Below, piece by piece: positions 23,212 to 34,866 of a DNA stretch of 64,000 bases; the first letter of the stretch is position 1; each line of letters starts with the position of its first letter. The stretch lies in contig AP026135.1 of NCBI GenBank assembly GCA_030295235.1, positions 62,001-126,000 of the forward strand, written 5' to 3'. The notes below the pieces were generated by a model. The model was not told where the DNA came from. It was given only the letters and a program-made list of their open reading frames with translations, and made no database searches. Source of the DNA: Fistulifera solaris (lineage: Eukaryota). The position numbers and the translations under genes were made by a program.

Positions 23212-23808
23212 GGTGTTTCAACGTCTCATTGCCGTGATATCGTTGCTTGTACCCTTCGCAAAACGGCTTTTTCCAATGCGTGGATGAGGTGAAAAAGACG
23301 CGCGAAACACATGTTCGTCGCCCGTTGCAGATCAAATTTTGAGATCACCACAAGACACGAACAGTTGTTGTCGCTGTGGCACTGAAAAATGGCGCACCTC
23401 TCATCTCGATGTCTAATTACCTGAAAGTCGATCTACTGTAACCGAAATGAGTATCCAGTCCAATCACCAGCACGCGTAAGTGAAGTGTACTGTCACAAAA
23501 ATTTTCAAATTGAGATCGTTAAATCTAGTAATTCCTCTCGATTATTTAACAAAAAGTGTTTAAGTATCATTCTCTTCGTGATACTCAAGAGAACAATCCT
23601 TATTTCTCCGTTGGGGTGTGACTCCCTATCTAGTGCACATCACCTGACCAATTCACCACCGCTTTTGCCGACTCAACACGTTTGTAAGACTCCTCTCCCG
23701 TCATGCACACAAAAACACCTCGCGAACATCCCGTCCAGACAAAAAAAGTGCAACATAAGACCGATTTTGGAGCGATTCACTTGAACATTCACAAACTAAT
23801 TCGCAACA

Positions 23809-25740
23809 ATGAATTCCCTGTCGCGTTTAATAGTGCTAGCAGGGCTGTTGCTACAAGTGCAAGCAGCACCACGAGGGAGCCCCTTGGGTTCAAGGCGTTT
23901 GGGTCACCAAAACACCGAGTCGCCTACACCAGCGCCGACGCGGAAAAAGCATCTCTACTCCAACGTCGACAATCTCAATAATCGAGTTGAAGAAGACGAT
24001 GCTGACTGGTGACTACACCGGCGCCTACCACTTCCCCCACGCCTCCGACGTTTCATGCGAATTGGGGGCACCAACTCCTACGGTGCATGACAAGAATACT
24101 CCATGGATTGATATCGACGGGGATGATGATGGAGACGACGATGGTGGCGATGACGGAGGAACGACACCTACCGATGTAATCATCACACCAGCCCCAGTTT
24201 CTTCTCCTGTAGTGTTTGGCCCGCCCGTTCCCACTGCTTTCCCTGTTCCTGCACCTGTACCGGTACGAAGAACACGCCGACCAACACCCGTTCCTACGCT
24301 GCCACCGACGGTGGCTCAAGCTGCTCTCCGACGGTAGCTCTACCAGGGGTTTCGGCAACCGCTTTTCCGACAGTCGCTCTACCAGGCGTTTCGGCAACCG
24401 CCTTTCCGACGTTTCCGGGTGTGCCTGCAACTGCGTTTCCAACGCCTCCCGGATTCACGGCAACATCTTTTCCGACTCTGGATCTATCGAAATATTGGAC
24501 CCCGGATCCGACGGCCTCGCGAACAGCCGCTCCAACATCGTTTGGTGAAACAGCGTCCCCATCGGAAGCGCCCTCATCGGCACCGAATATCGGGACATTT
24601 GCGCCTGTGCAAGTCATTCCGATTGATTTTGGATCCATCGGCCATTTGCCGACCCTTTCGTTTACATCGCGTCCCTCGGCTGTTCCTTCCGTGTCTCCCA
24701 CGACCAGTGCACCTTCTTCGGCACCGACCGTCTTCTCGGCCATGCCGACGGAAGACAATACGATGTGGACACCGCTCAAAACCTTTGATTTGCAGCTCTC
24801 GCGGGATACCCGATGGAACACGCAATTTGCGCCCGATGAATTGCGTCAAGGTTTAGAAACTTATTTGACGGAGTCCATGATGATCTTGTCGGCCGATATG
24901 ACGAATGTTACGTTGACGATCTTCACTTCGGCATTCAATGAAGACAAATCGGAAGCATGGTTCCGATTTCAAGGCAAATTATTTTATCTGCCCAAGAGCG
25001 AGGACATGGAAATCAGTTCCGATGAAGTTTGGGCGCAGCAAATGGCATTACTGGAGAACATGGATGCCTTGCAATGGATTTTGCAAAATCAACCCACCAT
25101 GGCGGCGGGCTTTGTCACCATCAAACAGTTGGCCTTCTTGGACGGTTCTTCCACACAGACGTTTGATGGATACAGTGGTGGTAGTTCGAGTGCTTTGGAT
25201 CAAACAACGAAGATAGTGATCGCGGTTGCGGCAATTCTGTTGATTCTGGCGTGCAGTGTGGGAGTCTACATTTGCATGTTTTTGGATCCCGAGCCGGAAG
25301 AGGAGCCTTTGCCCATTCAAACCAAGCTCACTCCGCATACCGACAGTGACTTTTCGATCGGAAAGGGACTTCCCGGCAATCCTCACGTTCCGGAAGTCAC
25401 CTTTGATCAGGAATCGCACTCGGAAATGTCCAGCATAACCGAACTACGAGCGGACGATCCGCGACCAGACATCCCCGGCGCATCTTCGGTCGATGCCATT
25501 GCCTCGAATGATTCTCGACTTGTTCCACTCTCATCACTTCCCGCCGATTCCTCGCATCTCAGTAGTAGTAGTAATAACAGTCAGCAATATCGAACGACGG
25601 ATTCGGTCCAACTGAGTCAAAGCGAATGGTCCATGGCGGCGGGAAACACGGACCCGCCCGCCCATACCAGTGCTTTGGGTCCGGAAGCGTCGGAACAAGG
25701 ATCGGTAGAGGATCTCTACGTGACGTCGGATGCGAAATAA
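23809..25740 (+). CDS. Single-pass mucin-like membrane protein (cluster member 7)
   Basis: Signal peptide + RRL; indels at ~24008, ~24065 and ~24329 restore one frame; ATAFPT repeats; shared domain (PLKTFDLQL...LETYL...FRFQG); TM IVIAVAAILLILACSVGVYICM. Confidence 0.75.
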
Positions 25741-26411
25741 CATCACCGTATTGCCTCGCATTTTTCAGCCCTCTTCTGTGAATTTGGAAACATACGCACA
25801 CCGTTCCTATATATATAGAGCTTATCCAGTTACGACAGCATTGGAATGGTTTCCATTTCAGAAAAAGTTGTTTTTTTTTATTTATTGGAATGAATATGAA
25901 CTAAATACTCTAAAGTCGTGATGATTGTTGTAGAAACGAAGATTCATATTTGTTTTCGCTAGTTTTTCAACTAAGAAACTTTAAGCAGTTCAACGCAAAT
26001 AATTTGATTATCTTGAGCCATGTGGGGTTCGAATTAGTTTGTGCATGTTGAGTGCACCGGGATGCGTTGTTGTTCCTCTCTCTCTAGCAAAGTGAGGTGG
26101 CAGAGAACGAGGGCTAAATAAATAAATCAGGTAAGCCGTTAATCTTCGTCGCACTGGCTATCAAGACTGTAGCATGAATTGTACGCGCCCTTGGATTTGA
26201 CAAGATTGACGTCGGTCGACCGTGAATGAAACAGTAGAGGGGAAGCCTTTCGTCATTTTTTTTCTTGGCCAACGTCGATTGCTGTGTACTTTTACTTTTC
26301 ACTCATTTGTCGCGCATCCTGAAGAAAAAACAAGGAGTTCTGTGAGGTGAAGTTTGATTCATTCTTCATCATCTTCATCCAAGCAAAAAAGAAACAAACA
26401 AAGAAATTATC

Positions 26412-28768
26412 ATGTCCATGAATCACACAATTCCGATTGAAAGTGAAGAAGCTTCGGCGAGTCTCTCTACTTCAGATCTTTCCGGCGGCGTGAATCAAAC
26501 AGCCTTCACGACAGACGATGACAAAATGGAAGATGTCGAAGTAGGAGGCAATGATGCTCCGGAAGAACCGGTCATGACCCAAGGAAATACGTTAGTCGAT
26601 GTTCCCGGAACGATGAACAAAGGCATTCGTGCGGGTTCGATTCGTCGCTGGGTTTATGTTACGGCAATTGTGTTGATTGTGTTGGCAATTGTGATTGGCA
26701 TTGCGGCCAGTGTCTCGAACAATGATAACAAAACATCCGCCTCTTCTTCTTCTTCTTCTTCCGGATCCTTTCCCAACAGTTCGCCAGTTGCGTCTCCCGT
26801 GGCTTCTCCCACTGCGGCATCGCCCGTCGCCGCAAATCCTACCGCTCCTACTGCCGCAGCCCGCCAAGCCACGTACGAACAAGTCGTGACGTTTCTTTCC
26901 TCACGCGGCGTTTCCAAGGAAGACGAGCTGCGTCGCCGCGGGAGTTATCAGCACGATTCGGCGGTCTTTCTGGCGAATCATGATCCACTCAACTTGCCGT
27001 TGCCGTCGAGTACCGACTTGAGTGATCCGCAAGTCGAACATTATGTCACGCGCTACGTTATGACCTTGTTGCATCACGGGTTGGATGGATACAATTGGAC
27101 GTTCCAGCTCAATTTCATGAGTGAACTCGAAATGTGTTACTGGAATGGTATGAAATCGACCTTTCAGCCAGATTTTATCCCTCTGGCCGAAGCGGGAGGG
27201 GTATTTTGTTTGAATGGTACCCAAACGCCCGTGGCTTTGGATTTAGGCAAGTGATTGCGGCATGGCCTTGTGTTTTACACACGCTCCTTTGTGTTCTCAC
27301 GGTTTATCTTCAGAATTCAACAAACTCAAGGGAACGATTCCGACGGAACTCGGATTGCTGACCAAATTGGTGTTTTTGGATTTCGAATTTAACGAAATCA
27401 ACGGGACGATACCTACTGAATTGTGTCAATTGACCGATTTAGAGCATCTTTCCTTACGGGCGAACTACTTGACGGGCGAGTTGCCGAGTTGTATGGGGCA
27501 ATGGTCGAAATTGGCGTATCTAGACGTCGAAGTCAATCAGTTGGATGGATCGTTTCCTCAAGGTGATGCTCTTTGCAATATGAAAGACTTGGATACAGTC
27601 GTCCTTCAACGAAACTTGTTCAGTGGAGCGCTTCCGACTTGCATGGGGCAATGGACGCGTTTGAGGGGCTTCTTTGCTTCCGAAAATTTCTTTACTGGTA
27701 GACTACCATCGGAACTGGCGTTACTGCCTAATGTATCACACTTTCTTGTGGATGACAATGAGTTGACGGGCAATCCGAACACAGTATTTAGTGACATGCC
27801 CACTTTGACGTTCTTATATTTAGACAACAATCAGTTTACGGGGGTGATTGATTCCACGTTTGTTGCCAACTCACCCAATTTGACTGCCTTGGATATATCG
27901 CACAACAATTTCACCTTGGATCCTGCCTCGCCCGTTTTCCCGCTCCATTTGTTGCAACATCCGACACTGCAAATTCTTGATGCTTCTATGAATCTTCTCA
28001 ACGGTAGTTTGCCTTCGACCGAGTTGCAAGCGAATAACGCATTGCTCTTTTGTCGCTCCACGCAAATGCTTTGAGAGGAAGCATTCTCGACAATTGCACC
28101 AATTCAGTGAATTGGCGCATTTGGATTTGTCTTTGAACAGCTTCACGGGAGCTTTACCGGATCAGTTGTTTTCCCTGAGACTTTTGAATCTATTCTTGAG
28201 CGAAAATCCCAATTTGCAGTCCGGTCTTCTTCCAGACTCCGTTCTGACCAATCATACCGGCTTCCGTGAACTTTCCTTGCGCAACACACAACGCACTGGA
28301 CCCTTACCCTCGTTGGTTGGTTTCAATGATTTGGAGTTGTTAGATCTGGGAGGAAACGACTTTACAGGAGCCATACCTACGCAGTACTCTGAATTGCCCG
28401 ATTTGCGGTACTTGTTGTTAAATGGCAATCCAGGCTTAAGTGGTTCCATCCCGGTCATGAGCCAGTCTCCTGCGTTGCAGATTGCGCTGTTGGATAACAC
28501 GGATATTTACGGCGACTTTTCCAGCCTTTGCGCTTTGACGGCCTTTACGGACCTCGATGCATCGGACGTGTTGGGTGACAGCGCTTTGATTGTGAACTGC
28601 AACACGACTGCCGGTACCGTATCAAATTGTGCGTGCTGCAAATGCTGCCACCGTCCGGGAGGATGTTCCAATCCGGTCGTAGCCAGTTTGGACTGGACGT
28701 GGGAACAAAGAATGTCACAAACGGTGCGCGATTTTGCAATAAACGACACGCTCTTGTTGGATTTGTGA
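26412..28768 (+). CDS. Type II membrane leucine-rich-repeat protein (plant-type LxLxxNxLxGxIP repeats)
   Basis: N-terminal TM, SP-rich stalk, many LRRs, C-terminal CACCKCC; GC-AG intron 27247-27313; two indels near 28050 and 28086. Confidence 0.85.
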
Positions 28769-29407
28769 TGTATTTGTGATGAATTGAAGACTGGTTAAGC
28801 GTTTGAAAACAAGTTGTGACTTTGATGTTCGTTCAGCAGTCTTTTGGAACTTGTTATTTTAAGTTAAATCAATCAAGCCGAGACGATTGTAGTGTTATTC
28901 TTGCGATTTTTGATAGCTTAAATCGTAGGGCATCCTTTCCTCTGCAGAAACATCCCTGATAGATAGACGAGGTGGGCTACTCGAGAGAGCAAATCTAGTA
29001 GGTACCTGGTATACTTTGTAGTTAGTAGAACAACCGCCGAATGACTTGCCTGAAAAGGTAACATTCTCATGTGCTAAAAGCTTTTTCGGATAAGCTGACA
29101 TATGTTAATAATAGACTTGATAAAAAGGCAGATAATGTCAAAATCTGTGCGTTCCCGGCCCGAAGAGAAATCGACTAAAAGGCATCACCCCGGTTTTAGA
29201 AAGCGAATCCGTGATTGAACGAGCTGCCCTCTGTGCAAAAGAAATTGCACGTCACTTTTGCCGGTGCGGTTGAGTGATAAAATAATAATGACGGTGGTTC
29301 CATTATTGTTGTTCTGTTGGTTGTTGCAACTCTTCCAAGCTTCATCACATACTTCATTTACTCCATTCGTGGTCTCTCTTATTCGTACAATTCTTTGACA
29401 GGCAAAG

Positions 29408-30448
29408 ATGATGACGGCCGGTCGTTCGACGATGTTCCGTCTTTATTCTAGGACGACAACAACAACGACGAGGACGAAAAGACACCTCATTGCTTTCTAT
29501 TATTCCACACAATCATCACGCGATAAACAACCAAACAAGAAGGATGATCTGCAACATACGATTCAAATGGTTCAAACATACGATCCGGCGGGTTATTTAC
29601 CCGGTCAATTGCTTCCCACAACCCAAATGCAAGAAGGATATTATGCCGTTCGGAGTTTTTGGGTCGAAACGGGCTTACGTAAACAATCCTCCCTTGGTAG
29701 CATTGCAGTCACATCGCCTCAGGAATATTTAAACGCCTGGAAAGATGGTATTACCGCTGTCTTTGATGACAACAACCAAGACAAAGCGTCATCACATCCC
29801 ACATTACGACTTTTACATTCCTTGCGTCCTCATTTTCCCTCGTCCGATCCGTTTTTGCAAGTTTTGCAAGCCCGACAATACGAATTAGAGAGTCCCCAAT
29901 TTCGAACTTTACAAGAAGTGAAACAACACGCCACGCGATCGTGTGGGAATTTGTTGTCCTTGGTTCTTTGGACGGGAGATAAAACACCCACGACGCATCC
30001 GTACAGTCATCAAGCGGCGCAGTGTTTGGGACAAGCACATGGTCTTGTTCAAGCGTTGCGGACCAGTATTCCCGTCTTGTCGAATACGGGACGACTGTTA
30101 TTGCCGCAGGATTTGTTGCAACAAGAAGGTGTCGCGAGTCCACGGTATTTGTTGTCGGCGTTGAGTCAAGGCGATGAAGTGGGGACGGCGGCACTGGCGC
30201 GTGTCGTGGAACGGATGGCGGTGGAAGCGCGACACTCTCTCCAGAAAGCACGGCAATGGCAAACCGAGGTCCGGGAAGAATCGTCATCGGCTGTCTTGTT
30301 GCCCAGTTATGCCTTGGAAACGTATTTGGATCGTTTGGCAGCGAAACAATATCGTCTCACGGATCGGAGTTTGCGGAATGTGAGTTGGATGGAGCATGCG
30401 CAATGTTCGTTTCGCATGATTTTTGGTTACTACAATCGGACCTATTAA
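29408..30448 (+). CDS. NDUFAF6: NDUFAF6-like complex I assembly factor (squalene/phytoene synthase fold), mitochondrial presequence
   Basis: Arg/Thr-rich presequence; VQTYDPAGYL, YYAVRSFWVE, HPTLRLL, LGQAHGLVQALR, GRLLLPQDLL. Confidence 0.75.
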   Translation: MMTAGRSTMFRLYSRTTTTTTRTKRHLIAFYYSTQSSRDKQPNKKDDLQHTIQMVQTYDPAGYLPGQLLPTTQMQEGYYAVRSFWVETGLRKQSSLGSIAVTSPQEYLNAWKDGITAVFDDNNQDKASSHPTLRLLHSLRPHFPSSDPFLQVLQARQYELESPQFRTLQEVKQHATRSCGNLLSLVLWTGDKTPTTHPYSHQAAQCLGQAHGLVQALRTSIPVLSNTGRLLLPQDLLQQEGVASPRYLLSALSQGDEVGTAALARVVERMAVEARHSLQKARQWQTEVREESSSAVLLPSYALETYLDRLAAKQYRLTDRSLRNVSWMEHAQCSFRMIFGYYNRTY

Positions 30449-31630
30449 GTGAGCGGAACAGTGATTATGTCTTCTTTCCACGAGAAACCAAGCCCCATTA
30501 CTGGTCAGCCCCATTACACGCAACCTCACGATTCATTCGCTTGCGGACGATCGACTCGTTCACACATCAGAAACGATGCAGAGTCGTCTAGTCTGTAACG
30601 AAAATACTTTGATAGTAATATCTACACAGCCATTTATTTGGTTTACGGAACTGGCACTTCAAATCATAAGGTTACCGTAACAATGGGTGGCATGCATTCA
30701 GACTCAAGTCATGTTCCAAAGGTAATCGGAAGATAGCCAACGCGCCATAAGCTTCTCAGGAGCGACAGGATCTCGATGAAAGCAAACTATACCGTCTAAT
30801 AGAGTCCTATATGCTTCGGAAGGGTGACCCGGGATAGGACGATCGGGTGAAGGCTGATCTATAAGAGGCCCGGGATTGAAAAAAGCAGGAAGCATGGAAG
30901 GATTGTTCAAGTGGATCATGTCCAGTAGCCAGCTGGCCTGTTTTTGTTGGCTTGAATATCTTCAATAGATCCAGTCACCTTCGTTACTCGGACGAATATC
31001 AATCATCGCAATCGAATTGAATGCAAGTGCATTTTCTAGCCCAGAATCGAATGGACGTATAAGCATCATCATCTCTGTTTAGGGACAAGAGAACGACAGG
31101 AACTCTCAAGCGCGCCCCATAGCGGTCTGGGGCGCCCAAACGGAGATGCTTTAAAAGATGAAACAAAGTCATCTCCCTCCAGACATTTCGAAGGTGAGAT
31201 GATGACTAGAATTGACTCTTGCAGTAGAAGTAATAGGTTTCTTGGGTGTTAAGATATTGCAAATGTGTGTCTTTTTCACTCGGGCCTTGCTAAACGTGAC
31301 AAATCGTCGTGACCGTCTCGCAAAAGTGCGAAGTCTTTGATCTTCTTTGCTCCTGCCAATAAAAGAAGAGGAAAAAGAACTTTCGAACAAACGCATACAT
31401 GAACTCATCGCAATGCCTGCATTCAACCGACTATAATGCTGGCTCTTTTATTTTGTGAGGTATGGAAACTCGTAGCACAGCCAAAAGGTCTCCCAATAAA
31501 CCGACTGGTAATTTTTGTAGAGGGATCGTTAAATTTATAAATAGTGCTACTACTAGCGTATGGCTGATATTAGTTGAAAGGTAACGGGATTGGTAGCTTT
31601 GCTAGTTTCCTCGCCTAATGTCCAACTGGA

Positions 31631-32326
31631 TTACATAATATTGTGATTCGCCAATTCATCTCCCGGCACTTTATGATCTTCTGGCATTCCTTGTGCTTCA
31701 TAAACAGCTTCTACGATCATGCGTTTCGCTTTAGTTCCTTTGCCTTTGAGACCAATGTACGTGATTTCCGTTCCTCCATTCTCCTCCTTCTCGTCGTCGT
31801 CGTCGTCATCATCATCACCATTCGCACTACTGTTGTAATTGGTTTCGACAAATAAACTCAAGGACGAAATATTTTGAAATCGTCCCGCCGGACGACAAGG
31901 ATAATCAATCGTCCCTCCTTCCAAATGATCCGGTGGCAACAATTCCAAAGTTTGTTGCGGTGGCAAATCATCGTGCATCATATCAAAATCTAAATCTTCT
32001 CGATTGGTGAACAACCGTATCTTGCGCGGGGCGGCGGTACGATGCGCCGAAGTATTATTAGTCGTGCATATGCAAATCGACTGGACCGTCACCGCTTCGG
32101 TAAAGGGAATCGTCAATAACAATTCCGGATCTTCCGGTGGTGACTGCAAAGACGGTGTTGATGACAACCGATCTTGATGATATTTGAGAATTTCCCGTCC
32201 ACTACCCGCCACGACTTCATTGAGACATGTAACACGAGGAATATCCATATATTGTCGTAAACTCAATCCCAAATCATCCGTGTGATCGTGATCGTGGGAA
32301 TGGCCTTGACATTCCGGAGGATCCAT
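31631..32326 (-). CDS. PITHD1: PITH domain protein
   Basis: His-rich N-terminus; LQSPPEDPELLLTIPFTEAV, APRKIRLFTNREDLDF, RFQNISSLSLFV, TEITYIGLKG. Confidence 0.85.
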   Translation of the reverse strand: MDPPECQGHSHDHDHTDDLGLSLRQYMDIPRVTCLNEVVAGSGREILKYHQDRLSSTPSLQSPPEDPELLLTIPFTEAVTVQSICICTTNNTSAHRTAAPRKIRLFTNREDLDFDMMHDDLPPQQTLELLPPDHLEGGTIDYPCRPAGRFQNISSLSLFVETNYNSSANGDDDDDDDDEKEENGGTEITYIGLKGKGTKAKRMIVEAVYEAQGMPEDHKVPGDELANHNIM

Positions 32327-32547
32327 GTTTTCGGGGGGTGAGTTGAGGAATTAAGGATTGTTTTTATTAGGTTGATGTTCTAAGGTTTTGGTTGTATAGA
32401 AGCAAGGTAACTGGTTTTTTTTTTTTTGAGCTTCGTTTTTCGTTTACAAGTTAAAGTTTGCTGTTTATTTCTTTGTCCCCAAAACGGATAATAATTGCAG
32501 ACACATCATGGTTCGCATCGCAGGATGATGATGATGATGTGATGATG

Positions 32548-32607
32548 CGGTACGGTACCGGTACCAGTACATGGTACGGTACCGGGTACCGGTACCAGGT
32601 ACAGTAC
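32548..32607. repeat. GGTAC(C)-rich short tandem repeat in the PITH/TMEM14 divergent intergenic region
   Basis: cggtacggtaccggtaccagtacatggtacggtaccgggtaccggtaccaggtacagtac. Confidence 0.8.
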
Positions 32608-33113
32608 AAAAATAAAAACAAAAACAAAAAAGAAATATCCGATCGCCGTTACCAGTACAATCGCGTGTCGCAAGACGAATGAATAACGCCCAGATCGAAA
32701 AACCTTTTTGTCGTTCCGGGAATGTCATCTGACACTCGAAAAAAATGGCTAAGCCTTAATAATTGTCTTGCTAACAAAGAGATTGACTGGAGCAATAACG
32801 TGAAATACAAGCACACCTATTCGTAATTCTGTAGTAAGTATGATCGTCCTTAGCATAACCTCAGTAGGCACAACCTCGATAAATGCTGAAAAAGCGAGAG
32901 AAGATTTGTGTCTTATTGACTATGTCCCAAAGTGTTTTCTCAGCGATAACTACTTGTAGATGTAGACGGTACTTCCCCACGACTGCATTTCAGTCGTTAA
33001 TACGGCGACGAAGCATACTATAACGACGACATGAAAATCATCGGAAAGCTTTTGTTTTACTTTTCATTTTTTTTTCTTAGCAAATAACTATACCCTACAA
33101 CTATAACTCGAAC

Positions 33114-33479
33114 ATGTCCAAAATTCCCGGATCCGCACACGTTAATTTGTCACTTGGAGGACTCGTCCTCGCCGGCGGTATCGTCGGATACGTCAAAAAA
33201 GGCAGTCGTATGAGTCTGATTTCGGGCATCACCGTCGGTTCTCTTTTGTTGGGTTCCGGATATTTGATTGCCAAAACCGATCAGGTGTACGAAGGACATG
33301 TCTTGGCGACGACAACTTCATCCATTCTGGCGTTGGCCATGGGACAGCGCTTCATGGCGACGGGGAAATTCATGCCCGCCGGATTGGTGGCAGCGCTCGG
33401 GGTGGGGGCGTGTGCGTACAATTATCACAAATCGAAAGAATGGGCTCCCGAGACGTCGTCCTCCATGAAGGAGGAATAA
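33114..33479 (+). CDS. TMEM14: TMEM14/FAX family small membrane protein
   Basis: GGIVGYVKKGSRMSLISG and RFMATGKFMPAGLVA signatures. Confidence 0.9.
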   Translation: MSKIPGSAHVNLSLGGLVLAGGIVGYVKKGSRMSLISGITVGSLLLGSGYLIAKTDQVYEGHVLATTTSSILALAMGQRFMATGKFMPAGLVAALGVGACAYNYHKSKEWAPETSSSMKEE

Positions 33480-33642
33480 TGTGATAACGAAAAATGTCGT
33501 GTTGGAAGCTGGTGTAGTGTGGGAATATACATTGATGTTGGCACCGCAGTTTACACATTTCCGAACAGCCTTGAATGAAACAGTTCGTGAAAATTTAAAG
33601 AAGAACAAAACGTGATGGAACATCATGATAACATATTATATT

Positions 33643-33739
33643 CTGTAAAACTTGAATCGAAAGCAATTATATTCTTCGGTCACAGACTTTACTCTGTAAA
33701 ACTTGAATCGACAGCAAATAGATTCTTCGGTCACAGACT
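33643..33739. repeat. Two-copy ~51-bp tandem repeat between convergent genes
   Basis: ctgtaaaacttgaatcga...attcttcggtcacagact at 33643 and 33694. Confidence 0.85.
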
Positions 33740-34327
33740 CACAGTGTCTTGATAAACAAAAGTGTCGATGAAACAAGGAAATCCCGAAAAGGTAACCCAT
33801 TCGTCGTTGTCGTGCAGGAAGCTACTTCTGTGATCCATCTCAATTTCTTCTTCGTCACTCGAAATGGTGGTTGGAGCCGCCGTCCAATTTTCATCCTCCG
33901 TTTCTTCTGTGAATACCAGTACGGGTCGGTCCCAAGAAAACGATGAGCATTCCAATCTCTCGTTTCGTACGGCCGGAAGAACAATGCATTCGGGAATAAT
34001 ATCGTCCGTTGTTGCGTCCATGGTTGTTTCCCAGGTTGCTTCATGAAGGGTTGTCGTTGTTGTCGTAGACGAAGACGAAGACGAACTCAACGTAGAAACA
34101 TCGTCGTGCGTGGTCAAAGCTGACGGTGGTTCGACGACCGTTCGACTTGCTTTCATGGTGCTATGTGTGACTGTTGCGTGTTGCTCGTCGTTTAAATGAT
34201 GCTTCGTGGTATGATAGAATGTAGTGGATTGGAGTTCCATGGGTTGCGTTGCAAATGAGTTGGCGGCAGAAGGTGCCTTGGCCGTCACCAGGACTGGCGT
34301 GCACGACTTGACACTGTAAAGTCGCAT
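33731..34327 (-). CDS. Hypothetical low-complexity Ser/Thr/acidic protein (start may be 34156)
   Basis: 198-aa ORF; no recognisable domain. Confidence 0.45.
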   Translation of the reverse strand: MRLYSVKSCTPVLVTAKAPSAANSFATQPMELQSTTFYHTTKHHLNDEQHATVTHSTMKASRTVVEPPSALTTHDDVSTLSSSSSSSTTTTTTLHEATWETTMDATTDDIIPECIVLPAVRNERLECSSFSWDRPVLVFTEETEDENWTAAPTTISSDEEEIEMDHRSSFLHDNDEWVTFSGFPCFIDTFVYQDTVSL

Positions 34328-34617
34328 GATGAAAATTATGTTCGTATGTTGATGTCACTCCTAAAACGTTTTCCTTCGGCGTGGAAAACGTGGAACGAAA
34401 ACGTGATCGTAAAGGTGATCGAGCTTCCCATGTTGATGGCACAAATCGTGAAGCACCTCTTGGGCGTGGTTCTTGTTTGTTCCCCGCACTGCAGACACGT
34501 GTCATTGAAAAGAAAGAGAAAAAAGAAAATTCTGTTCCTTCGATGTGCGATGTTTGTTGATAATAAGTGGCTTGTTGGCGATTGATGTGGCAGGCACACG
34601 AAAAAACATCCCATCCC

Positions 34618-34731
34618 CAGATTTTCTGGCTACGTGAAGACACCCCACATCCAGATTTTCTGGGAACTTGAGAGTGCCCACATTGCCAGACTTTCTGGGA
34701 AAGAAAACTCACCAAACACACAGATTTTCTG
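34618..34731. promoter_or_regulatory. Four phased CAGATTTTCTG motifs in a divergent intergenic region
   Basis: Copies start at 34618, 34652, 34687 (CAGACTTTCTG) and 34721 (spacing 34, 35, 34). Confidence 0.5.
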
Positions 34732-34866
34732 GGGATGCATTATCTTGAAGCAACATGAATGAATCATGTGTGTTATGATGGGTCTTATTTGCGTGGCATG
34801 CGTTTACTGCGTATCCGCGTCAATTACCATTGTGTAGTTGTTACTATTAGTGCAAAGCAGCGAATA

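Noticed and set aside
30600..31500. Possible gene or transposon relic between NDUFAF6 and PITH
   Set aside because: Only short ORFs, with no identifiable motifs or terminal repeats.
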